Below, one piece after another: positions 24,010-36,815 of a DNA stretch of 64,000 nt. The DNA comes from Callorhinchus milii. Taxonomy: Eukaryota. The notes under the pieces are model-generated. The model saw nothing but the letters and a program-made list of their open reading frames with translations. It did no database searches and was not told the origin of the DNA. Made by a program: the position numbers and the translations under genes. Position 1 is the first letter of the stretch. The number at the start of each line of letters is the position of its first letter. The stretch is taken from positions 93,746,001 to 93,810,000 of the forward strand of contig NW_024704743.1 in assembly GCF_018977255.1 (NCBI RefSeq), read 5' to 3'.

Positions 24010-24869
24010 TATAGTATTTAACAATGGTTCAAGTAACAGTAAATATATAAAGTACTCACAAAGTATGGTTGCTGTGGCAGAGAGTTCAAGGGCCTGAATG
24101 TTGCCCGTCTTTTGCTCCAATTAAAGCTGCCATTATGTTACTAGAGGAGAGGGATGGAAGAGAAACAAGGACCACAGGAAGAGAGGGCTTTCTACATAGG
24201 GTGGGGACGGGGATTAATTCAGATTCCCACACCAAATGTAATGTCAGGAGTAATGTCAGGAGAGGTTCAGATTCTCCGTAGAGGCAGTAAGAGACGTGTG
24301 CCCAACACTGGCAGAGGACTTGAAGGTGTCCTCAGTGGCCAAGAATATGCACATGACTGAACACACTAACTATGATGTAATGTGACAGTGAGACATGAAT
24401 CATGCTGTTCTCAAAGTAGATTTACAAATAGCGACTCCTGATGGAAAACACGGAAACTCCTCTCTAGAAATAAACCATGCCAGATAGGAGTGACTCTGGT
24501 TTCTGACAGTCCAAAATTGTACTTTGTGACTTGGAGCTGTTACTTGTGAATCTGCATGTGAATATCATGTTTTAGACCCAACATCTTACTAAAGCTGACG
24601 CCATCCACCTGAAAGTAGTCTTTTGCGTGTATAATAATTCCTGCATTTGATATAGCGCCTTTTTATGTTGTGGAAATATTTCAAAACAGTTTACAGGATT
24701 TTACTGTGAAGCGTCGTAATTGTATATTTGGAAGCAAATGCAGCAGCCAATTGGGCACAGCATTGTCCCACAAACAACCATAAAGTGAATGAACAATTTT
24801 ATCTGGATGATTGTTAGCCAGAAGATACTCTCTTCTCTCATTGCAATGAGATCTAACAATGATAATAAT

Positions 24870-25346
24870 ACAGAGGAGGGCAATCAAAATGATTCGGGGA
24901 ATGGAAGCTTTGGACTCTGAGGAGCGACAAAATAAATTGGGCATGTTCACGCTGGAACAGTGAAGATTGAGGGGTGACATGATTGCTGTCTTTAAGATTC
25001 TAAAGGAGCTAGACAATATAGATCATGACAGGCTATTTCAACTTGTCCAGAATATTAAAACCAGAGGAAACGACCTGCGATGGAAGGGGGAAATTCAGAA
25101 CAAATCTACGCGAACACTATTTCAGTGAGCGAACAATAAACCTGTGGAACAGGCTCCCTAGGGAGACGGTTGAAGCAGGAAGTGTTGATTCTTTCAAACA
25201 CATATTAGATAGTTTTCTTTTAGGAAACAACATTATGGGATATAGTACATAGGTAGTTTGGGACATATGCGCACGCGACCGCCAGGAAGGCGAACTAGAT
25301 GGACCTTGGTCTTTTTTCGTCCAGCATTTCTTATGTTCTTATGTTC
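24870..25346 (+). mobile_element. CR1-clade LINE 3' end with 10-bp flanking direct repeat
   Basis: QRRAIKMIRG, LRGDMI, FRTNLREHYFSERTINLWNRLP; (ttcttatg)n tail; tgataataat on both sides. Confidence 0.92.
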
Positions 25347-25356
25347 TGATAATAAT

Positions 25357-25698
25357 GTGGAATCCTGTAGCTCAGTGGTTAGATTGCTCACCTCGCAAGC
25401 AAGAGGACCTGGGTTCGATTCCCAGGCAGGGCGAAACGTTGGGCAAGTTTTCTTACTCCACACGCCTCTGTTTACCTAGCAATAAGAAGGAGCCCAGTTG
25501 TTAGTCGATTGGTGGATCGTTTTTCCAGGGTTAATAATTGCTTAAAATAAATAATAATTTGGTCCCTCAATCCACGACTGTTTGTGGGACACTGCCGTGT
25601 TTCGCCCACAAAATATGGAGCAATTCACTTTACCGTATATTCTGTGAAGCGCTTTGAGATGTCTCGAAGACGTGATGATGCAAGGATTATTATTATTA
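25357..25698 (+). mobile_element. tRNA-Ala-headed SINE, long form
   Basis: Contains the extra segment ctctgtttacctagca..gttgttagtcgattggtggatcg. Confidence 0.93.
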
Positions 25699-26559
25699 TC
25701 TTTAATGTCCACCTGAACAGAAAAACGTGACCTCAGTTTAATGTCTCATCCAAAAGATGGCACCTCTGAGTTTAAGGTCCTGACACATATAACTGGACCA
25801 TATTTTATTGTGCAACAGAGTTCCAGACTCCAAGACAATCTATACCTGTAGAGGGCTATTTATTTTTTGTAAACTACTCAAGCTTATGGTTTATGATATC
25901 ATTTGAATCCCTCAAACGTGTTACACCCTTATAACAGGCACTGAACGATTATCTTGTGCAGGACGGACTAGCCTGAACAATTTGAAACGTGAATCACAGC
26001 TCCAGGCATTGCATCGCATCTCAGAAATGTGTGTGGTTGCCTCGTCAGTCCTGCTTTGAATGCTAACTGGTAGTTTAAATGCTTAAGTACACGTATGATC
26101 TCGCCTCTTCTTAGAGCAGCTCTGAAACGATAATCTTATTATTTGCTATCTCTACATGTATCACAAGGGCGTGTACAACTTCCTGACTGACCTTGTTTCT
26201 TACAAAAGCTGTTGTGAATTATTGAAGTTTAGGGCACGTTCCCTTCACGTGCCAAATAACATGGGTTCAGGCAAAGGGTTGCACTTTATTGAATCCATTA
26301 GGAACCAGTTATGTTAACTCTTCTACCAGGCTGTCTGTGCCTGTTCCTCTGACTGGCTTCTTCCCTCATATTGCATCTTAAAGCACACATCAAGCTCCTT
26401 GATCCATAACCAAATCAACACATGCACATCTAGTTACTTATTCCATGCCGTGAACAAATACAGTGGATTACTGCTTAACAAGTCCACCTTTTACAGCAGG
26501 TTCTCAGGAGCTGCTCTGCACTATTTGATACACTTAGCAAATTTGTCGCGGTGAACTGG

Positions 26560-26853
26560 GCGAGCATTGCATTGGCGGAGGTGCTGCCCTTTGGATGAGA
26601 CGTTAAACCAACGTCCCATCTACCTGTTCATGTGAATGTTAAAGATCCCATGGCACTATTTGAAAGGAGAAACTAAACAAACCCTCAAATAAAATTGGTC
26701 ACTCACTTCATGACTTTTTGTGGGAAATTGATATGCGCAATTGGCTGCCGTGTTTACCTGCAAAAATACAGTCACTACACTGTAAATATCCTGTGAAGCA
26801 CTTTGGGACTTCCTGATGTGAAAGGTGGTATATCAAATGCAAGGATTATTATT
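26560..26853 (+). mobile_element. Deu-domain (SacSINE1-like) SINE, 5'-truncated
   Basis: ggatgagacgttaaacc..aaagatcccatggcactatttgaa..gcgcaattggctgccg and L2-type tail. Confidence 0.85.
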
Positions 26854-28349
26854 TGAATTTTCCCTACATAGAAACCTGAATAACTTCATGAATAATTTTA
26901 TTCCTGACCTGCCCTTTGATTCCATATTTCTGTATGCTTTTCTCCTCTCTTTGTTCAATTGGAATCACCGGGCAGGTTCACTCCATTAATAATGATAGGG
27001 CAATTAAAGGGTTCAGCTTTTCTTTATTGAAAAAATACCCTGAAGCCAAACTGCACTTTTTGAGTAAAATTCTTGTTGGACTTGACAACTCACAGGAGTT
27101 TATTTACACAAAAGAAGTTTAAACTAACAGACAAAAACAACTAACCACATTTATGACTAATGTGTGCATCCCTCATTCTGACTACAGATGGTTCCCATAG
27201 CCCTTGTGATTTGTTCACTCAGATGGACTGCGACAGGGAGCTCGAGTGTTATCAGTTGCTGCCATGCACTTGTTTTCTGTTTACTTCAATGTTATTTCAA
27301 TTAGTCACCATCAACAAAGCTATTGGTCTGTGAGTGTAGTTAGAAAAGCCTACAGGTGAGGAAATCTCCATTGCTTCCCCTCTGCTGAACCTGAAATCAT
27401 CACATCATTGTGACACAGGTCAACGGCTCTGCCAATAGCCACTGGGAAAGGATTAGGTGAGTTGGTGAAATTATCCTCAATGCAGGAATAGTACAATGCA
27501 CTTCACTGATGTGATTACCTGAGCATTTGTTGACCTCATAATCCCAGGAAGTCAGATCTCATTTACCTGCTGGTGTTTAAGCAGCTCTTGGTAATATTTT
27601 CACTCTCAATGAGACATCTCAATGTACTGCCAACTGAAGCTGAAACCTGAAAATTCATCTGGTCTCACCTTGTCGGACCATTTTGTCTTAAAATTGAAGA
27701 TTGCCCAGAATGGTGCAAAATTCTTCATTTCAGTCTGACTAGGAAGCTGGTTTCCCACAGAGCTTAAAAAGAACCAACTTCTAAATTGGAAGACACATAC
27801 CCCATGCGGTGGAAGGAGGGAAGGTGAGGTAGGGAAATAGAGAGCAGAACAAACACCCAAAGGTTGCTACTCCTTTCTGGTCACCATTCATTCAAATTCC
27901 ATTGATAATGTTTAATATGTATAGATGGGGGGGAGTGGGGGGGCAAGCTTAAGTGTTGTAGTTTCCTGGGGACAAATAGTCCCCTAACATGCTGCCTACA
28001 GAAGAGGAGAGAGATAATTGAAGACAAGGAGAAATTGGAGGACAAAGACTTTATGCATTGGTCACAATGACAACTCACTGAGTGAAATCTTGGCTCAGCG
28101 TTAATCCCATTGTTCCAAGAAATAAACATTGCATAGTAACAGGAAAAACAATTCTGCAAATATAGTTTATTTATTTAAATCATTATATTTAGCTCCAGCC
28201 AGAATTGCTGTCTGTTCAAGGTAAAAACTTATTAAAACGTTTCTTCCTATAAAATCCCTTTGTGCATTTCAAACAAAATCAATAAAATTGCAGGTAATCA
28301 CCTCTCAACCAACCCAAAGTTGTGTTTATCCCTCACTAATGTTATCCCC

Positions 28350-28686
28350 TTTCCTTTTCTCCTGAAAACACTTGACTCCTTTGTTTCCTCTGTGGTACAG
28401 TTCTAATGTGCCAGTTTCTTTTCAGTATGCTACTAAGTGACTGTTCTTCATATGTGAGCCAGACAATGTGTGCTAACAGACGAGTCAACTGCCTATCAAA
28501 TAGTGGAGAGAACCTCACACACCAAGCCCAATTCTGATATACACGATAATTGCCAGCAGGGCTGGTGAGTGAAGATAAGGGAACCTTGGCTGATTGTTTC
28601 CTTCATAATCAAAGGCACTGAAACCAACTGTGGCACCTCAGTCACTGCCCAAATTGGGATGACTTAGCAATCAGCTAAATTAACAC
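28350..28686 (-). mobile_element. Ancient interspersed repeat, SINE-like (family shared with 36560-36815)
   Basis: gttcttcatatgtgagccagaca is the approximate reverse complement of tgtctgggctcagacatgaagaat. Confidence 0.6.
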
Positions 28687-29354
28687 TATTCAATCCCCCA
28701 AATAGAATACAAATGGCCATTAACTTCATGGTTGTTTGCGGGATATTTTGCGCAAATTGGCTGCTGCGTTCGACTACAGAATACACAATCACCACACTTC
28801 ACNAAAAAAACTGTGAAGGGCTTTGAGATGTTTTGACATGACATGATAATGCTCTATATGAAATGATAATGATAAGCAAAGATAATTATATTATATATAT
28901 TATAATTATATTATCTTTCCTGTGTATCAACTCCTCTGATGCACCTATGGTATGTTGGTGCTGTACCACTACTCACCACATTATTCACGCTCAAAGGAAT
29001 TGGTAACGAGTTATACAACGGCTACAAAATACTTGTCATTAAAATGGAAACTTGGGAGCAAGCCACAAGTCACTGGTAATAATTGTATGAGTAATCGTAT
29101 AATGAAGTTAAAATGTAAAAGCTCGGGGCAAATCTTATGCTCCACCAGGTTGAAATTATTGTCTTAAACAGAGTCTTTAAGATTTTATTCTATTCATTAT
29201 ACAGGCAATTGGGCTATCCATCATATGTCAATCATCAATAATAGTGATCTTTTCCTTATATATTCACATTAGGAAATGTTATCATGAAGACCTAAGCTTG
29301 CTACTTATAGCCAGCAATGTATGGTAGAACGCTGTGTGCTGTTTCTGGTGACAG

Positions 29355-29505
29355 TAACAACAACAACTTGCACTTATATAGCACCCCGTACCCAGGATAG
29401 CATCTCGAGCACTTAACAATGGCGGAGCCTGATTCCGAGCCGGGGAGGGGAGGTGGCCGTAAGCACAGTCAAAGAGGAAGGTCTTCAGGTGGGTTTTGAA
29501 AAAGG
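29355..29505 (-). mobile_element. Short L2 3' end
   Basis: caacaacaacttgcac tail; ggtggccgtaagcacagtcaaagagg; similar to 39330-39470. Confidence 0.75.
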
Positions 29506-29529
29506 GTAACCTGAATATATTAGTCTAGA

Positions 29530-29765
29530 CACAACTGGAGATTTACCCCATTAACTCTATTGCTTCATTATTCGTACCATTTTAGAGCGTCCAGAATTCA
29601 GCAAACTATTAAAATACAGATTTAATTTTGAAACCCTTTTTTTGTAAATTATTTTAAGAATTCTGGAAAATGGGCTTCAAAGTTGAAACTGAATTAAACA
29701 AGTTGCCAAATTTTGATTACTCTGAAATACTACACTAATCTAGACCCAGTTAGAATTTACACCTA
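29530..29765. mobile_element. MITE-like copy (family of 15599-15836)
   Basis: ttgccaaattttgattactctgaaat..tagacccagttagaatttacacc resembles the right arm of the 15.7-kb element. Confidence 0.6.
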
Positions 29766-32039
29766 ACATGTTCTTGTGGTCGGATATTTATGAGCATTTC
29801 TAAGAGTCCTTTCCTTCCCCTTCCGCTTCCCCCTAATGTAACATGCTGCACATGTACCAAGCACCACATGTGGGCAACACTGAAATTAAAAGTTTATTTT
29901 ATGCTGCTCCAGTTCGATACAATACACTGCAGGAGGTTTAACTGGAGCTTCCAACATCAGATCAGAATACTGCTAGGAGCATAGTGGCTTCATTCCCAGC
30001 ATTCAGAAGAGCTGAAAGGCAAGGATAATGTTGATGGAAGGAAAGTTATTTAACTTAAACCATTGACCATATAATCAAAGAACATGACTACAAAACTGTC
30101 TGGAACTGGAAATTGGAATTTCATACAGCAGATATGTGGAAAGACTCCCATCAAAAACAGTTATGGTTAGACGGGTAGCTGCTTTACAAAGGCTACCGCA
30201 TTTGCCCACAAAACACACAGAGACTGCACTTTACAGTATATCCTGTGAAGCAATCCTCACAATGTGAAAGGCGCTATACCAAATGTAAGGATTATTATTA
30301 TTTATTATCACAAAGGTGCGTGGAATATTTGGCTAGGAGTGGACTGAAGGTTTACCAGTGTGACTGAACAATACTCTATGGAACATTGTCAAGACTCCAG
30401 CCCTGCTGCAAGAATGAAAAATATCAGCTGTGGAACATAACCAGTCAGGGATGAAACTGGGCCGTCAGGTTAGATTGATCTCCTGCCGTTATGATTGATT
30501 ATGTCCAGGTGTTAGGAAGATATTTTACTTTGTTTTATCTCCTGGTAAGTTTTATCTGTGCTTAATGACTTCCTTTAGGAAACCAAATAATTTGGGGAAA
30601 GAGTTCAAACTGTACGTGATCTGTTGGAAGGAGCAAGATCGACTGGCTGAATACTTTGTACTTTCGCTCTTTTGAATGGGAAAATATATGCAGCACAGTT
30701 GCATTTTAACAACATGTTTATTGAGATCTCTATATTTCCAAAACCTTTCAGACTGCTGTAACAGTGACCCTCATACTGCTGGGAGACCCCTTTATAAAAC
30801 AGAGCAAAACCATCTCCATCTGAGATAGATAGCTGTGTGAAGCTCTTTGATACATCCTCGCAACGTGAAAGGCATTATATAAATGTAAATTGCTGTTGTT
30901 GCTGATCTGGAAAGGACAATCAACCAGAATAACCCTATCTTAATTTCGATCAAATGTCCTTCAAATTTGGGGTTGCTTCCCAGCATTGTATCATTTTTAT
31001 TCTCCTACCCTTTATTGCCTGCATTCTCCGTCCTCCACACAGTAAGTCTAAGACAATTCTAGACTTAGGGTTCAATCCTGTGCAATCTTCCTACTTTAGC
31101 AAATGCTTTCTGAAGGCTGAGTAAAAGGCAACGGAGATTAGATGATGAGAAAAACAACACCAGCGCAGATGTGCTGGGCCGAATGGCCTGCTTCTGTACT
31201 GTAAGTATCCTGGGACTCTGTCCTGCATGAGGGGCGTTGCTGTTGTTATTGTAAATAATGTGTGATACTATGATATTCTTTAAGTACAGTATTCTCTATC
31301 TTCATAGCACATTGATCAAATGGTTGTTGCACTTTTATTGTGACTAGGAAGGTTAACAGCTCCTTCATTATTCTGAAAAGGGACGTTTTTTAAGCCCAGT
31401 TACCAACGAAGAAGTCAGTGTTAGTAAATAAAGCGTGTCATTTTTTGTCGCAGTTTAAGGTGGAAAATAAGTCAACAAGGATTGTCTTCTGCTAAAGACG
31501 TAAATCAGGGATTTTTTAAAATTCTTATAGCATGTTGAGACACATCATGCATAGCAACTTGTGTTTTTGTAAAGCGCTCAGTGATCTGAGGATTCCAATA
31601 TCTGTGAGTTTGGTGGCTGTGGGAGGATCCTCATTGCCAGACGCACATCTCACCAACGTACAGGTCAGGCCCACCCAAAGAATGACGTGTTTTGACAGGC
31701 TGGCGTCTGGCGGCAAAACATGCACCTGTTTGCAATTAACTGCAATGGATTCTTTGCAGAATTCCTGAGGGCTCTGAGAGAAGCCCCTTCCCCCTCACCC
31801 CTCCCCCTCCGCTTGCTCGCTCACTCCCAGCTTCGGACTTGGCTTGGGATTTAGTTTTGTTGCTGTTGCTAATGTCATTTATCAAATTATTTTCGACTTA
31901 AAATCCTTTGAGGGCTCAATTTCTGGACCTAAATAAAATATAATAACCCTTTCTCCTCGTCTTAGAATTCTTTCCGTCTGACTGCAATATCCAGAAGCTA
32001 GGAATTAATAATGTAAATGTAGTAGAAATGCTTTTGGAC

Positions 32040-32180
32040 CCTTTTCTTCCCAATTTTCTCGCACTATTCCCAAGGGCACTGAATCATGCTGGGGTGTAGT
32101 TTCACAGGCAGTAACTGGCAGCTCTCTGCTAACTTGCCCAAAGGCCCATTCTCGAAATGTAAGTTTAAGCAATGAGTTTC
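32040..32180 (-). mobile_element. Ancient SINE-like repeat 3' fragment
   Basis: Reverse-complement similarity to 36700-36815. Confidence 0.5.
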
Positions 32181-33904
32181 AGCTCAAGGGAGGAACAGCA
32201 ATGTAATACAATACAAATTTACATGTGCATAGCACGAGGAGGAAGGGAATAGCCAAGAGTAATTTAGATTTAACATATGGTGAGATTGGACCAGGGCGCC
32301 GATTTGGTTGTGGTGCATACAATGGTGAAATAACCTGCTGACACTTGCTGTTAAGGCTGATACGTAGAATGGCTATTTGGCAGAGATACGGGGTTGGTGG
32401 GAGGGGGCGGTGCGAGAAGGGGAATGAAAAGCACCTGTATGCTTTTAGGAGAAGAGGGAAGAAAATTGGAGTGCAGACATAAAATCTTGCAATGTATACC
32501 ATGGTTAGTGCAATCTTTTCCTTAAGTGAAAAGAACATCTCAGAACACTTGTGGAAATATATGGTTGTGACCATGTGTTTGTATTCTGATGGCTTGCACT
32601 CCAAGCCCATCAATGCTAATTTTTAAAAGTTAGGACTTGAATAGGATAAACATCTTCAGAACATAAGGAAGCATATGGTGAGGAAAGACCATTCCCAACA
32701 TCAAGCCTGCTCGTTCCATAGATCATTCACATACGTTCTTTCCAATTTTGGTCAGTGATCAAAGGAAAGACATTCATCTCGATGGTCCTAGAGTTGTTGA
32801 GTCCAGTTCCACCTCCTTAAATTTGCACTGATCAAGGACCACACCAGTAACTTTTCAGCCAACTTGGCTCATTTTGATACAACACAATGCTTTTACCAAC
32901 CGAGCTTTTACCAGCTTTTACCATCCGAGTCATCTGGGAAACTTAGAAAACATTAACGCTCACCAATAACTACCAGAGTCATTGATTTCCTGCCACAAGA
33001 ACATGTAATGGAAAAAATATTATGGATTAAGAATGCAATATTATATTTCTTGAAAAAATTTTTTTCAATCTGCCTTGCCGAGTGTGGTTTTTCTAAATTC
33101 CATGGATTAAAGAAGTTTTACTTACAGTGGACAGATGCAATGGAATCCTGTTTTTATAGGATCCTCCCAACAATTGGTTAACTTGGCAGATATCAAGTCA
33201 GTGGAGAATGTTTCTGCCCAGTATCACATGGAAGGGATGATTCAAACTTGAGAAATTCAGCCAAATCCCAAGATTTCCTCCCAAACACACAATTTTGCAT
33301 TTGGCATAAAACAAGGTGGAGGAATTACCAACACCTGGACAGTCCCTCCAGTAATCTCCTCAGTCTGTTGCTGATGCACAAGTTTTATTGTGGTTCAAAA
33401 CACGGCATTTACAAAGCTGGAAGATGCTGCTGTGTTAATGGTTATTGAAATGGCAAAATTTGCTAAAATGTCAAGAAACACATCTGGAGAATATCACGAT
33501 CCAAGGGCCTGAACAAGTTTTGTTTCATGGCCTGTGTTTTTCTTTCTGACCTTTCAAGACTTTTCTTGGACAAGAAACAATCTAAAAGCAAAACGTTTGG
33601 TGCATTAGCACCTTGCGGTTTCCAATCGTGGCCAGGGTTTCGAGAAATGTTCTTGTGTTCAGCACAGTGTTGCCTTTTATATGAAAACATACTTAACTTA
33701 ATTATTGAATTATTTTTTAACAATATATAAATTGGGACCTTGCAGGTTTAATAACTTGAACAGATGTACAATATTGGAAAGTTCAAACTGTTCCATAGTT
33801 TCCCCACTGACGAAAGATGCTCTATTCAATCTGATGAATTTCATGTGAGTTTGTCCAGCAATTCTTTGTGGAAACAGGCAGATTTTCAAAGCTCTTCATT
33901 GTCA

Positions 33905-34105
33905 AATGCGATTATTACTTTTGTATGTAGCGCAGCATTTGCACCAGCAATGCCCCAAAATGGCCATGAAGAGAATGACCAATTTTATTTGAAGAATTGC
34001 AGGCCAGAGCATCGGGACAAAACTCTCTCTTTACAAGTAACGTTAAGGGATCTTTAATGCCCAAAAACTAGGTAAGCAGGTTCCCAGTTTACCATCTCAT
34101 TCCAT
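33905..34105 (-). mobile_element. Degenerate Deu-domain SINE
   Basis: gcagcatttgcaccagcaatgcccc..gggatctttaatgccc..catctcattcc. Confidence 0.55.
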
Positions 34106-34810
34106 AGAACCATAGAAATTTACACCACAGAAGAAAGCCATTCAGCCCATCGTGTCTGTGCTGGCAATCCTTCCAGCCCCGTTTACTGGCCCTTTCCCTA
34201 AACAACAACAACAAAAAATTACACTTGTATAGCGCCCTTCAAATCGGAAAGATGTCCTAGTGCACTGTAGTTGAATCTTTTAAATTATTTTAAACCCCTG
34301 TAGTTGACTCTTTTAAATTATGTTCTTCAAAAGGAAAGTGTGGACAGCGGGACATTTCATGATTGGTTTTAGGCTGAGAATGTGCAAAATGAACCTTAGA
34401 TGTTTAGAAGAAATAGAACAATAGATTAAATCACACAGAAAGAAAGCACAGAGAAAATCTGGAACTAAACCTAAAAATGTCAAGGAGACCCCAGCGGTTT
34501 TCCGGGAAAGTTCACAACACCAGGTGTTAGCTCCATGGAATCGGGAGAATATCCTCACTCCTCATTCCACATTGAAGGAGGAGTCTCAGTCCCAGTTACA
34601 CCATTCACACAGATGAAACTTTTTTATATCAAGTTCTCTCAGAGGTGGAAAGTGCTGTGTCCATGACACAGGAAGCAGATAACACCTGTCAGTGGAATCC
34701 AAACCACCTGCTTCCTCTGGGGATTGAGCACATCTGTTGCTGCATACCCAATGCACAAACAGGAACTTTCCACTTGTCAAATTCCTCATCTGATCATTAG
34801 CCCAGTCAGT

Positions 34811-35178
34811 TTAATATAATCCTTGATATAGCGCCTTATCACGTCTTCGAGACGTTTCAAAGAACTTCATAGAATATACTTTAAAATGAATTGACTGTAT
34901 ATATTGTGGGCGAAATGCAGGCAGACAATTGGGTACAGCAGAGTCCCACAAACAGTTGTGGATTGAGTGACTAACTATTATTTTATTATTTTTTTTGAAG
35001 GAATTATTACCCCCGGAAAAGCAATCCACCAATCGACTAACAACCAGGTTCCTACTTACTGCTAGGTAAACAGAGGCATGTGGAATAAGGAAACTTGCCC
35101 AATGTTTCGCCCTGCTGGGAATCGCACCCTGATCTCTCACTTGCGAGGTACTCTAATCACTGAGGTACAGGACACCAC
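34811..35178 (-). mobile_element. tRNA-Ala-headed SINE, long form
   Basis: Reverse complement of 43063-43424. Confidence 0.93.
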
Positions 35179-36559
35179 AGTGTGTTCAAGAGATAATTAA
35201 ATATTACTGAGCAATTGGTTACTAATTTGCCCCTGTAGAAGGCAGAAAAATATAGGGTGAGTGGGGGAGGCGGGAATGTCGACAAGTGCATAGTCACAAT
35301 ACTCAACACAATTATGTGTGAAGCACTCTGAGATCCTTGAGACATTCCAAGCGATATTGAGACATTCCAAGAATATAATATACATCAGATTGCAGTGGTA
35401 AGGTTTATTTTTATCTTATACTATCGTATATGACAATTATGACATAATATACCACATTTCCCCCATAAATCAGGAGTTTCAGTTACCATCAGAAGTTATA
35501 CAAGGAATTTAATACATGTCAATTCATCTAATACAGCACTTAGAAGTTCCTCAAATTGAATCGGTTCAACTCTGAATCACATCACTTTAATAGCAACTGA
35601 CTATTAAAAACTACAGCTTCTTTCACATGAGAATATTTTTGTTCCAACAACAGGTCAGAATCCAAACTCTTTTCCCTCATGTAAAAGATTGGGTTTGTTT
35701 TTTTTCACTTTTTTTTAGAAACAATAACTTTTTCAAGAAGTGGTTTATTTTTAGAAATTGTGATTCTTTTTCCAGATTCCAACCCCTCAGCTTCACCTCC
35801 CGTCAAGTGGTTGCCTGGGAACCAAACGAGCTGTGGTGTAAGGGGATGTGTTCCATGATATTCTTCCAGTGAGTCTGTGTGAACTCATCCCTCAACTGGG
35901 AACAGATGAAGAATGAAAGTCTCTCAAGTGAATGTTTCCAATCACTTTCTCGTGTGAAATGAATACAGATTTCACATTACCGACAGGACTTGGACTAACA
36001 ACACAATGTGGTGAGATCAGCATATTGTGGTGTCTTAATATCCAGTGGGGAGATGGGGAGTTTACATTGGGTTCAGTTTAGCAGTTCTTTCAATATTTAG
36101 CACATCAATTGAACCAGAATGTGTGTGTTTGTCATGAACCCCCAACCCCATAGTGTTATCAATGGTATAGTCTGTGCAGTCAGGTTTCATTGATTTCACA
36201 ATTGGAGGTCCAGTTCACAGCCTTCCACTGTTGGCTGGCAGGATACTGGCCCTTTGAGATTTTCATTCACTAACAATCTGGACTCCACTGACTAGCAATG
36301 GAAGGCAATACAGAAATCCAATGCCGCGGACCCAGATTCACAGAGAACAGCATCCAGGATAAGTGAACCCCATTCAATGTGCTAGATACAGAACCATAGA
36401 ACAAGATAAATGTAGCAAATTAACTGCTACTTATCTCCAATATGAGCAGATTGAAATCAGGAAAGAAATGCTATGATTGAACAAAAATTGATGGCATCCA
36501 CAAGTTGAGCCTAGACATATGAACATAGAAAGTCATAAGCCCTATGTTTGCTGAAAGAA

Positions 36560-36815
36560 AAATACAGCCAGGTTTCCTGATCCAAATCATTTGTCAGTGA
36601 CCTCTTGCTGAAACGTACGCATGTGTGGATATCCATTGAGGAACAGGATTGGGTTCAGTTATAATGTGCCCCATGGTCAAGTAGTCTGACGCCACTCACT
36701 GTCTGGGCTCAGACATGAAGAATGGTCGTTTGAGCAAGGTACCAGAGAGTCCCCAGTGCACATAGAACAATATACCAGCATGAGTCAATGCCTTCAGGAG
36801 TGGAGAGGTGAAAAG
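36560..36815 (+). mobile_element. Ancient SINE-like repeat
   Basis: Three diverged copies in the window (28350, 32040, this one); family name not assigned. Confidence 0.6.

Larger units (their letters stand above)
24630..25770 (-). mobile_element. Deu-domain SINE split by nested insertions (parts 24630-24854 and 25699-25770)
   Basis: Sequence resumes as tctttaatgtccacctg..gtctcatccaaaagatggcacctc, collinear with the 48880-48955 copy. Confidence 0.7.

Noticed and set aside
28803..28810. Ambiguous base n before an A-run (also 49218)
   Set aside because: Assembly homopolymer ambiguity, not biology
33805..33840. CTGACGA/CTGATGA pair as a hammerhead
   Set aside because: No stem II followed by GAAA and NUH in the required arrangement
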